Shown piece after piece: positions 1 to 12,300 of a stretch of DNA of 64,000 nucleotides. The stretch is from Antedon mediterranea. Lineage: Eukaryota; Animalia; Echinodermata. Below the pieces are notes generated by a model. The model was not told the DNA's origin and did no database searches. It saw nothing but the letters and a program-made list of their open reading frames with translations. Location of the stretch: NCBI RefSeq assembly GCF_964355755.1, contig NC_092679.1:15855432-15919431 (forward strand), given 5' to 3'. The stretch's first letter is position 1; each line of letters opens with the position of its first letter. Position numbers and translations under genes: made by a program.

Positions 1-957
1 ATTACATTGTAATACAGTTCTTGATAAAAGATGCAATTTTACTGATTATATAGAAATTGTAACATTTTTAATTTTACATTTAATTTTGAATTTACAGTAC
101 ATGAAAATAAGTGGTTTTCTCACGAAAGTATTGAATCCAATATCTGGAAAACGTTAACAATCAACCTACCGTCACATGGAAGATGATATGTTCCTCTTTG
201 ATAGAATGTTTTAAATATATTCAACCTCATACTTGTTGTTGACGCTGAGCTAGCTAGGCAAACTAGCAATAACTAAATAAACCCTCCACTGAAGCACAAC
301 CTGAAGGCACTAAAGTATGCTTTAAAACAGTCCTAAACTTGCTACAAAACCCAACAGCAGTGTCTGTTCCGAATCTACAACCAGATATGATCATTCAATC
401 ACATGCATGCACGTTGAATCTGGTAGACACAGGCGATGCTCTGAGAAGATATAGGCTGAACACCTACATAGATCCACGCACGGTGACTAAACTGTTCTGT
501 TAGCCAGAACAGCGCTTAGAAATTTGTTCCAATGTTTATGACTCACTCATTATTGCAGAGAATAAAAACGAACAACCTTCAACTTCGAGCAAACCGACGA
601 ATCATCAACGTGCAGTGATCGTACAACAGAGTATTCTAAACTTTATATTGATCAACCAGATAGCCACACACGTTTATTGTCAAGTATAATTAACAAATAT
701 GAAAACTATTTGATATTTATTATGTCAGTTAAAACTCTAGATAATTTTCAAGATGACAAGTTTTTAAGTAATTGAGTTTCTTAATAAATCCTGTGAAACG
801 TCTGCCCTGCGTGCTGTTAAAGCATGCAGAATTAATCTGACACTCATTATTGTATAAGACCTTCACAGGAATTAATAAAGAGTTTTTCTTGGCATTCATA
901 ATAATTTTTTTTAAATACCCTTGAATAACTAGCTGATACTCTAGAATGTATTATGTA

Positions 958-1107
958 CAGTATCATAGGCCTACTCTGTAATACAGTGTCGCATATGTAT
1001 CACATGCAATGACTGTATTTAGGCCATAAACCAAACCTACATCCTAGTCTTTAACATAATACAGGTAACACATGTGACACTGTATTACACAATTTGCCTA
1101 TGATACT
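958..1107. mobile_element. Palindromic MITE-like repeat, with a relative at about 59800-59943
   Basis: CAGTATCATAGGC..GTAATACAGTGTC ... GACACTGTATTAC..GCCTATGATACTG. Confidence 0.6.
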
Positions 1108-1744
1108 GGACAGATAATACCATATGTAAAGATAAACTACATAGGACTCGTATAATATCCAAACCGAGTAGAAAACAAAACAATGAACTTAAAAAATGAC
1201 TGGACTGAAAAAAAATGTCTCAAAATTACAACTGGACTCCTACTAAGTTTGAAAATATGGACAGCTCACGTTTGCATTTTAGAGTCTTTGTGGTAATTGA
1301 TTTGAAACATTGAATCATCTATTTGGAGTTACATTCACTCTATATTTTTTCAGAATTATTGAGAATTCAGGAAAAACACTACAAAATGCACAACAACTCT
1401 ATATCAGAAAACATGAACAGGAAAAGGATAGACAATGTCTTTATGACACAGTTACACATGGGAGATATTATTGATTCCCATGCAGAGTGGATTTGAAAAC
1501 CAGACACATTCACGGCAGGAAGATCTCTTAGTCATGTTAAACATCCATCATATGTTAGCAGAAATTAATTGGTATTATGATATAAGTCCGCAGATAAACA
1601 ATGAAAAAGAAACAATGATTTTTATCATTCTCCATTCATAGTATATAAAAGCAGACACTCTAATAAAAGTATTGTTTTAGTATTTTGCATGATGAATAAA
1701 CACTTTTAGCTTTGGTGTAAACCATATGGTTCCAAATATTACTA

Positions 1745-2155
1745 CCAAATAGCTGCACTAGAGAGGCAGCTGTACTCAAGGGACTAAATAGCTGCATTGG
1801 AAAGGCTCAATATTTGTACTCGAGAGGCTAAATAACTGCACTTGAGAGGCTAAATAACTGCACTCGAGAGGCTAAATAACTGCACTCGAGAGGCTATATA
1901 ACTGCACTCGAGACACTTAATAACTGCACTCAAGAGGCTAAATTACTGTACTCGAGAGGCTAGATAGCTGCATGAGGGGCTAGATAGCTGCATGAGGGGC
2001 TAAATAGCTGCACTCCAGAGGCTAAATTAAAAGCATGCACCTGATGGGCTAAATAGAGGCTAAATAGCTGAACTCAAGCCACTAAATAGCTGCACTCATG
2101 AGGCTAAATAGCTGCACTCATGAGGCTAAATAGATGCACTCAAAAGGCTAAATAG
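1745..2155. repeat. Minisatellite, about 22-bp unit CTGCACTCGAGAGGCTAAATAA
   Basis: Direct tandem copies with degenerate edges. Confidence 0.92.
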
Positions 2156-5100
2156 CATGTTTAGGTCATATTGCTACCATAAATTAAACATAATTCCTTG
2201 ACTTTAAATATTTCCTTCCTCGAATTAAACTAATTCCCAATGAAGTAATAGACAAAAGTAAAAGAATAATCCTTTGTTGTAAACTAAATATACAAGCCAG
2301 ATATTTAATATTGTCTGCAATTGTTCATCCTCAAATGTCTAAAGATACAATCAAAGCAATAAAGAAAATAGTATGGAAAAATGTATTTTATTTGTGAATG
2401 TAATTTTTTTCATTCACCCTAGATGGAATAATTAATTAACAGTCTCCAATGCTTGTTCGACACATCCTCAAATGTATAAAGATACAATCAAGGAAAATAG
2501 TATGGAAAATTGTATTTTATTTGTGAATGTAATTTTTTTTTATTCGTCCTAACTAGATGTCACAATTCACGTATGAATTAAAATTCTCCCATGCTTGTTT
2601 CACACATTTTTTTGACCAGTAATTATAAAATCAGGACGCTTAAACTAAAACGATTAACGAACACGGTGACAAACGAAATTTCCTGAAGTGTAAACAACGG
2701 TAGCACAATATGTTATGAGCATGTCAGGAAACATCAGTAACAAGACATTGAAAAATTACACCGTGGACAGGAACGAGTTTTTCCAACTACCGAAAGGCAT
2801 GAACGTATTAACATCCACTTTTGCTTGCGGAAAAACATCCTCAAAACTTACAACAATAATAATTTTAAAAAGGTGACGAAAATCAAATGGAACATTCAAG
2901 ACGAGAATAAATGCACTTACTCCCCACCTGCAGTTAGTAGGCGCTGGACTGGAGTTAAGTATCGAGTATAAGAACGATCAAAGTGAAACCATTAGCGATT
3001 CCACCTGGAATAAAATTCAACATAGTCATGATGACTTTATAAAATTTACGCCTATCTTCTTGCCAAATTTAAAATAAAAAAATGATTGGAATCAGTAAAT
3101 AGGTAAGTATAAATAAGTTAATTAAATTAACTGTTGATGTTATAATTGGAACACTATGTTCCTGAAATAGGTGGCCTAGCCGTAAAGACGCCATTCACGT
3201 CAAATTGTAACGGAGCATGCTCAAAGAGCCAATGACAATGACACACGTTGTATACATGAAACTTAACACACAGTAATATTTATTTTCATGACAAGCAGCA
3301 GCTCTAAACTAAAACCAAAAGTAAGTTTACCAAATGAATACACATCAATAGAATATTAGGAACCACGCCAAAATTATTCTAATAAGCATTTTTGTTTACC
3401 CTTTAAACCAATTAATACAATTACTTATTACAATTACTGTTTTTAGGGTAATTATACCCACTATTTATTGACTGTGTAGTGACTGCCTTATAAACTTGTA
3501 TATTTAAGGAAAATATAGCCAGTATATTATTGCAGGAAGAAAAGTTAGGCTGCAGTAACTGCAGCAGAATAAATATTGACATGATCCAAAAAAAACACAT
3601 TAATTTAAAATCATGTAACATGTATTAGACAGTTAATCTTGAAAGAAGCAAATGTGACATCATCATTATATATTTCACAGTTGAAAAATTCTCTGAAAAG
3701 AATTAAGCAAAAATACAACTTTCAATTGTAACTGGCTAGACACCAAGAACCATACCAGCCTGACTACATCAGAGGTAAAACGTGACGTAAATTGCTCTTC
3801 AACCTTAATCCTTAAAATTACCACGAGTCACGAGTTGACCGTAACTGATGACTGCATTGTGCAGCCGTTGTAACCGCATTTGGTTGACGGGTTTATGTGA
3901 CGTGTGCATGAGTCGTTGGTTTATCTCCATTGGACACTGCACAACAATCACAGTTCATTAAAAGGGAAAATTCTTTAACACCTACAGTCATATTGATAAT
4001 GTAATTTGACTTTCAATTCTGATACAACTTTAATTTGTATTAAGCTCTGTCTACACTATCAAACTTTATGTGACAAACAAATGTGGTGTGCTCATATATG
4101 GACATGATGATGTTGTTATCTAAACTTTTTTTCAAACTAGTTTGATAGTGTAGACAGAGATTTAGACAAAAAGAAAAAGATGTTAAATTAGTTATAAAGC
4201 TCAAATGACAATCAAATACATTGTCAAACAGACCTATTATTTTTCATAATTTTATTGACCTCAATACCAGAAATTTACATGCATAAAAATAAATCTACTA
4301 GCAAATTGCTAGGTCTAAATTTTGAATCGAAGTGTAGTTAATATTAACATTTGATTAATATTAACGTCCGATACAACTTTAATTTGAATTATTATAAATT
4401 TCAGGTCAAATTAATCATCATTGTTCAACTTTCTGCAGAAGGTACTATGTTGTGTATTGCTTAATACCATCAATTATGGTTTGAAATGATTTAATCTGAG
4501 ATAAGCAACAGGTTGTGCAGCTGAGATATAAACTTAAATTAGCTCTAAACAGGCAAAGTTGTTACTAATCTGTCTCAGGACCTTTCGACCATGGATCACC
4601 ATCAGGTAGGAGGCTAAACTTAGCTGGTTGTGGGTGAATAACTATGACACTAACTTCGATTAAGGAAATAAAATACATATTTTTTAATGAACTAAACAAA
4701 AACCAGTAGTAGTAATAATAATAATAATGGTAGTCTTATATAGCGTCTAATACAATGTTTCCAAGTGCTTTACATACAAAAACAAAAAATGAAGCAGAGA
4801 AACCAATTACACAAGTAACATTGTTGTGTGATAATGATTTCGATAAAAAAAAAATTCAACTAAAGTTAAACTAAAAAAATGGAAACATCACTGAGACGAT
4901 GAGGCCTAAACATTCATATATTGTACAACCAAGTGTAAAAAAAAAATGTCAGGTTAATCTAAATGGTGCATTCCAAAAAACAAAAAGATACAAGTAGAAT
5001 AAATACATTAGTAGGATACATTTTTTAACAACCTAGAAAAAACAAACAGAAAATTAAACTCTGTGTGATAATGGTTCGGATAAAATAGAAAAAAAGAAAA

Positions 5101-6260
5101 TACCATAGAGACGAGAAGATAGAAACTTTCACATAGAGTACGATGAAGTCATAACGAAAGAAAGGAAGGAAGGTAAAAAGTAAGCACATCAGGTAAAACC
5201 GACGATTGGTAGTCCACTCTTAAAACCAAGAAATACCAGTAGAAAATGAAACCGTCAGAAGTTTGTTTTTATAAATAGCTGTTTGTTACGGTAAATTGAT
5301 TAAAAAAATTTGTCTTCATTTCTCACATTTGGCATTAAATATTACTTTTCAGAATATAAATGTTTATCTTTAAGATATTAACTTGCCTCAAAGGCATTTT
5401 GGCCGATGTTCAGAACGCGAAAACCACAAACTATTTAACAACTGCTAGCGGATGTCACTGATAATATTTTACCTTTCAAAAATGATTAAATCATCATTGA
5501 CTTTATAACTGTTGGATCTGGGATGATTTAATTACCTCAATTGAATTTAAAGTCTATTGACTATGGCCGTATGCTTTCGTTTGAGATGATGCATTTGAAC
5601 ATTTTTAAGATATGAATGTGGAAGAACAACAAAACAACATCGACAAAAGATGTTGGCGTTTTACTTTCTATTGTATAGAGAGCTTGCGATTTGCCACAAG
5701 CGAAGACAGAGGACCAAACTATGTCATGTTAGTTCATTGTGCGCATGTCAGAATATTGGGACGTGTTTCTTCACTCCTTACTTCGACACAGGTTTGATGG
5801 TTTCAGCGATACATCTACAACTGATGACACATCAATTGACCTAACTTAGGTTGGTTCTTGGTCCTCACAAATCGAAAAGTTCCCTATTATCTACACAAGT
5901 GGTTCCAATATGGCACAGTACCTCTTTAATGGTGAATTAAGTCATGAATAGCCAAACTTGGGAGCTATGATAGAGACAAGGGTTAGGGCAGAGGCTGACA
6001 ATAACATAAATATTTGTTTTGGTCTTATTTTCTTGTGTTCTGCCTTTTGCTTTATTTAATAAAAGTGGTTGAAAAAAAACATATCACAATAGTGGGAATA
6101 GTCAGTAGCTATAGAAGATTAGAACAATATGTATTACAGGTACTCAACTCAAGAGAATATGTTGTGTGTGTCCTTTAAGAATTTATAAATGGCCACGGAG
6201 AAAGCTGTTCAGGTTCAGTTAGACCACTTCTAAATAGTTCAGCTTTCCTCTACCACTTAC

Positions 6261-6374
6261 CTTCAAAAGCTCTACTTGCTGTAGCTACAAGATTTTGCCA
6301 ATCTAAATGCGAAGCATTGTCTGGGAGAGGGAAGACAGCTGGAGTTGAACCAGTTTGACTTACTGAGTCCGAAT
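6261..6374 (-). CDS. SIPA1L: SIPA1L exon (DSDSVSQ...[24 protein letters not shown])
   Basis: TTTTCAG| acceptor and G|GTAAGT donor; 114 nt. PLPD..LDW.NLV motif. Confidence 0.9.
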
Positions 6375-9300
6375 CTGAAAAAGGAAAGCAAAAGGTGTTA
6401 TTATTTGAAAATAATCTTTTTGATATCTCTTTTCACTTACACAATTCCCAATTACCAATCAACGTTTATAACCGAGTATAATCCCATGCTCGAATATAAT
6501 CACACCCCTTATTTAATAATGCAATCCGAGTGTAGTCCCACCCACAAATCTATGCCAACTTTCCAAGGGTACATAATGGCACTGAATGTACTGAGTAAAT
6601 CCAGACACTAGACCAAAATCAAGATTGAACCAGAACCCTAGAATTAGTCTGTCTAACCATGATGCTATAGTGTGGTTTTAGATAGGAATCTAAGACTACC
6701 CAGTCCAAAAAGTGAATTTATCAGATGAATAATTTTGTTTTATCTATTTGTATTTTATCAAAAGATGACCAGTGAAAGAGAAAATTAACTTTAATAGAAC
6801 ATTAGATCTTAAGCTCTGTCTACACTATAACTAGTTCGACAAAAAAAGTGTTATGTGCCCAAATATGGTAGTGACATGCCCAAATATGGTAGTGATATGA
6901 CATCATTATGTCCATATATGGGCACATCACATTTTTTTGTCACATAAAGTGTGATAGTGTCGACAGAGCTTCATGTATTTCTATACCTCAATCAGAATGT
7001 TACGAACCATAATATAAGTGAGAAATTACACAAAACAGTATAGCCAACAGGCAAATGGGGAAAAACCTGTTATTCTTAAAATGTGTGTAAATCTACCACA
7101 ATTTAATATTGTTATATTTAAAATCTGTTATATTTTGATCTGATTGGCATTTTCAGGAAGTCATATCAGGCTTTTCACAAATCATGAAAAAAATCAACAT
7201 TATAAAAACAAAATTAAGGTTATTATTTTAAAATATCAATAATAAAACAAAATGCACTTTAGTAGGAAATCATTTTGTAGTTGATGCACCCACTTGGGTG
7301 TTTTGCTGCACATTATGTTAGTCACTAAACATGTGACTGATCATGTGATGATCCAATCCATGTGACATCTTATATTTTTGTTATTATTGTCAAATTTAGA
7401 ACACCGGGAATGAAAAAAGACGAAAGAAAAAGATTTTACCATATGCGACATAGAAGCATCAGAAGTAGAGTTTGTTGGAGTTTTCAAAGCAATTTTGGAT
7501 CAACAATTATAAGTTGACATGCATGTGTGTATGTAAATGGTATTAGTTGGTTGAAACAGGGATGTCATTTTTACCCCTTCCTGGTTGAAATATTGTTGAG
7601 GGGAATACATTAAAACAACCTTTATGCTTGGTGGAAGAATATTAGCTTACAACATTTATAAGACCCCAGGAGTGCACAATTCGTTGAAGCAAACAAGTAG
7701 AACAGAGATCAAGGATGTACAATGTAGAGCTGATACTCAAAGCAGAAGAAAAAATCAATTGTTAACAATCAAAGTTTTTATTGCGTTCCAATCAATTCCG
7801 GAAAAAAAAAGAGTTAAAATCAACAGCACACATATTTCTATGAAACTGTGCGTTAATTTGAGTTGCGGTCAGCTGCTTAGAGCGCTTATGTCAACACAGT
7901 TGAGTTAAGTTACGTGTCGACATGAGCTGGGAGGGTTGCTAACAGAACAGGAGTTAAATTTAGTAAGGAGAATCGCAGGCACTATAAGGAAAGTATTTGA
8001 GGTAGACTCATGGCTAAATGAGTAGAAACAAGTCTGTTGTTAATTAGGACTTTAAGATTATGAAAGGTGACGAACATAAAATGTTTAAAAAATAAATAAA
8101 AAGAGCAGAAAACAGCAATTTAGGTAAAAAAGCATCTGCAGACAAGCATAAAGCACACAAATTAATTTAAAATAAAAATGATCTATTAATAGAAACTTAA
8201 TTCAACACAGATTTTAGATACACCCATACGTCAATCATTAGACAGGTGTCAAAACTGATTAGAATAAATCAAGGGGGTTCATGCAAATAAGTCAAAACAC
8301 CCAACCACAACATGCTATGTGACAGTGCGGGCAAAATGCTATATTACTTTCTGCAAAAGGCGACAATCGGCAAAAATTTAAACTTTCATTGATGATAATT
8401 TTGGCAATATCTGTAAAGTAAAATGGAGATTTACTCAGCAATTGAAAATCTAAAAATTGTGTATTAAAAAAATCATAAAATAAAAGTTTTATCCACTGAT
8501 AATAGTCAATTAGATCCCATTGGAAAAAAAGAGTTTTATATACAAAAACAAGATTTATTTTTGAAAAATCGTTAATTTAGAGTTTAAAAAGTGTTTACAA
8601 ATTATAGATTTTTAGGAAATAACCCAGTGAAAGTTTTAAGCAAATATCTACACAGCATACATCTATGAAACATTGAATGTATATTTGTATAAAATAGCAA
8701 AATGAATGGAGGATATGAAGTGAAAATAAAGCAAACAAATAAAAGAAAGCAATCCCTACAAATGGAATTGATTTATATAAAAAATTAAGTAAAATTGAAT
8801 ACTAAAAGTCAAAATAAAATAAATAGCTTCTATTTTTTATCCAGCAAATGTAATAAATGTAGGAAATTTATCAATGAAATGGAAAAAAAAAATCACTAAA
8901 GCTACCCTCATTTGGTAAACCCTAGACTATTATTATTCACTTTCCCGTGAAATAAACGTGGGACAATATAACACTAAGGCTATTAAAGGGACAGTCCTAT
9001 TAAAGGGACAAGCCTATTAAAGGAACAGTCCTATTAAGGGGACAACCCTATTAAAGGGACAAGCCTAAGCCTATTAAAGGGACAAGCCTATTAAAGGGAC
9101 AGTCCTATTAAAGGGACACTTTGTTTGGTCTACTATTCTACTGTATATGATGTTTAAAATTGGCAAATGTTCTTTAATGAGTAATTATCTAAAAATGGGT
9201 TTCAGGGTAAAAAAACCCAAAAAAATGTGTTGCGATGAAGAGATAATGGTCCAAAATGGAAAACACCAAGCATCTGTGACAAACGAGTGACACACATCAC

Positions 9301-12300
9301 AGATACGTACTTTGTTTCTGCCGCTGTAGACGACGCACTTTAGTTAATAAGAGAAGGAACAAAAATTCTTGTTAATTTGTGAGTGTAAATATCTAGTTTG
9401 GTGTTACCCCTTTACTAAAGCATGCATGCAGTTAAAGTAAAAACACCTTCAATATTATACAAATATTGCAAAAGTCAGAGTGCGTTAGTGGAGATGCGGC
9501 GCACTCCAGGGTATTTTTTTTAATAATGGTGCATGTTGCACAACATTGTGAATAACCGAAAGTGCGTCGCATCTCCATTAACGCACAAACTTAGACTTGT
9601 GCATTATGTTTCATTATCGCACTCTTTTATGCCATGATTTTTTATGAATACCTGCTACCAAGATAGAGAAAATGAACGTCTTCCAAACTGGGAATTTGTC
9701 TGACTGCACAATACTCGGATGGAGAATTGAAATAAATAAATATAGTTTAACCAATGCAGTATAAAGCAATTTTGCTATAAGCGGTATATTTTCCCAATCA
9801 TATGTTTTATAACATATTTATTCTGTGTAGTGTTGTTTAACATACCTCGTACAAGTGCAGGGAAGGCCTGACTGAACATGGACTCGTTTCCTTGTTCTCC
9901 GTGCTCTCCTAACCGTTTGTAGGGTCCACCGCCTGCAGCAATGCTTTCATCAGAGAGTGTTCGTTGAAGACTTGACCACGTTTGGTTATTTGCTTTACCG
10001 GGGTATGTCGCAAGGGATTGTGGTGTTTGCTACAAAAACAAGTAAAATAGTAATGTTTTAAACAAATATTTTTTGCTTATTTAGCATAAAAATGCTTTAT
10101 ATCAGCTTTCGGAAGAGTTTTTTGATTGTCCCTAGTATATTAATTAGAAATAAATAAATGGATAACATATGAATGAATATTAATGAATAAATTGAATACC
10201 CGATTAAGCCTACATACATTAATAAATATTTTAGCAATTTATCTTGGCTATTTGGCTACTGATAACTAGTGGTGAGTGATATCCCTTTTAACTGTCTACA
10301 CTATCAAACTAGTTTGACAAAAAAGTGTGATGTGCCCAAATATGGTAGTGATATAGCTAAATATTGTAGTGATATGACATCACATTTTTTTGTAACATAG
10401 TTTGATAGTGTAGACAGAGCTTAGCTGAAGTTTAACATAATAAAAAAAATTATAAACAAATAATCTTAATTGATGAATAAACCTATTGAATGAATAAATA
10501 GACAAAATAAAATATTTAAAAATTGAATAGTAATTATAAAGTTTCCTCTTTACATCTAAATGGATTTACATCCTGGTTAGGCTACAACCCACAAATCTCT
10601 GTTGTCGTGTTTATTTCCTAACAAACAAATAAAAACAAACATTTTGCAGACAACTTTCATAATTAAATTTTAAAAATAAATAAGTTTTCATAAACAAATC
10701 CAGAAAGAGAATATGTTCTGATTAAATCTACGTATTTGTGGACAAAATTACTAATTGTTGTTAATTAAATCAATCAACATTCTTTCCATTTTCCATGAAT
10801 TCAGTACAAAATAAAACATAGCTTTCTATTATTTTAATTATTCCTTCCGAATTGAATCATTATTATCAAATTTATCATTTCGCTAACTTTCCTTATGGAG
10901 AAGTAAAAACGAAACCAGTTTTATCGGAGTAAGATAAGTATCTAAGAAGTAATGTAATCGACACTAAATGTATATCTGAAACATACTGTACCCTCGATAT
11001 TGCCCAAATGATAAAGTGGATGTAACAGCCTATGTAAGGTTAATGTCTAGAAAATGCTATTTTAAAGTTTGTCTTATTAGATTGAAATACTGTGAGATAA
11101 GATGAATGAAAGTTAAGCCGCCAATAGCAGATTGTATCAATAGTTGTAGGAAATTATTCGTTAGTGCTAATAAACGTTAAGAAACAAACGCTAGTATTAA
11201 ATAATGTTAAGTTTGTGATTGAAATGTGCGTTAATTTGTTTAGTAAAATTGTAAATGTTAACCATAAAACATAATATATATACTTATAATATTGTTAAAG
11301 ATGTATAGTCCCCCAAAAACATGAAAACAAAATTACATCGGCCATTTTGTAGTTTTGATAAAGTTAATCACTTCCAAAGAAAAAAAAAAATAATAAAATT
11401 ATGTTTTCACTTATAAAAAAAAAATAAACTGTTAAATTCAACCGAAAAACCATTGGCTGGCAGCCAATTTAACTAGCCAATTTAACTATTTATTTGCTAA
11501 AAAATGTTATCAGATGATTAATATAGGTAATATAACTTGAATATTATATATATATCAGATTTTTATTTTCATGCTATAGAAAAAATTATCCACTGTATAT
11601 CCACCATCTTTTTTCACCATCTAGGGAGTCATCAGACATGTTATTACATTAGGTTAACTATCTAACTACTGGAAAAAAGTCTTTCTGGTTTTTATGGAAG
11701 AATTTTGCCAAATTTTGTATTTGACCATATTAAGGGAAATTCATGTTTTTTTGTCTCGATTTCTGTTACAAATATTTGATTTATGTACAATTAACCAAAT
11801 ATTATATTTAAAATTCATGCCTGTACCTGATCTTTAAATTACAGTTTTCCAGGAAATTATCATTTTTTTTCCAGATCCAATTTTTAGTCAAAGTGAATAA
11901 TATTATGTAACATTAAAATGGCATATTCAACAAAACAAATGTTAAACTATTTTTTCAGGGGGAAAGGTCAAGTTCGGCACAGAGACTAGTCTTCTAGAAA
12001 GATATTCTAGGTTCTGTGAAATGCATCTAATACATGTAGACCTGTGGTTTAGTCATTCTTTACCTCAAACAATTACACATACAGTAGAACCTCTGGACCA
12101 ACAAAGTATATAAACATCTATTTCCCTTCATTTGTTTCACAGGAGATCTTTCCCTTAAAGGCCCATTTACACTAGGACGATAACGATCGACGATAAATAA
12201 ACAAATATGCATTGCTCATACATAAAACAAAAGAAATCTAAAAAGTTTTTATTCTAGGACTATTCAGGAACCATCTATGCTTCCTTTGATGATACTTTCA

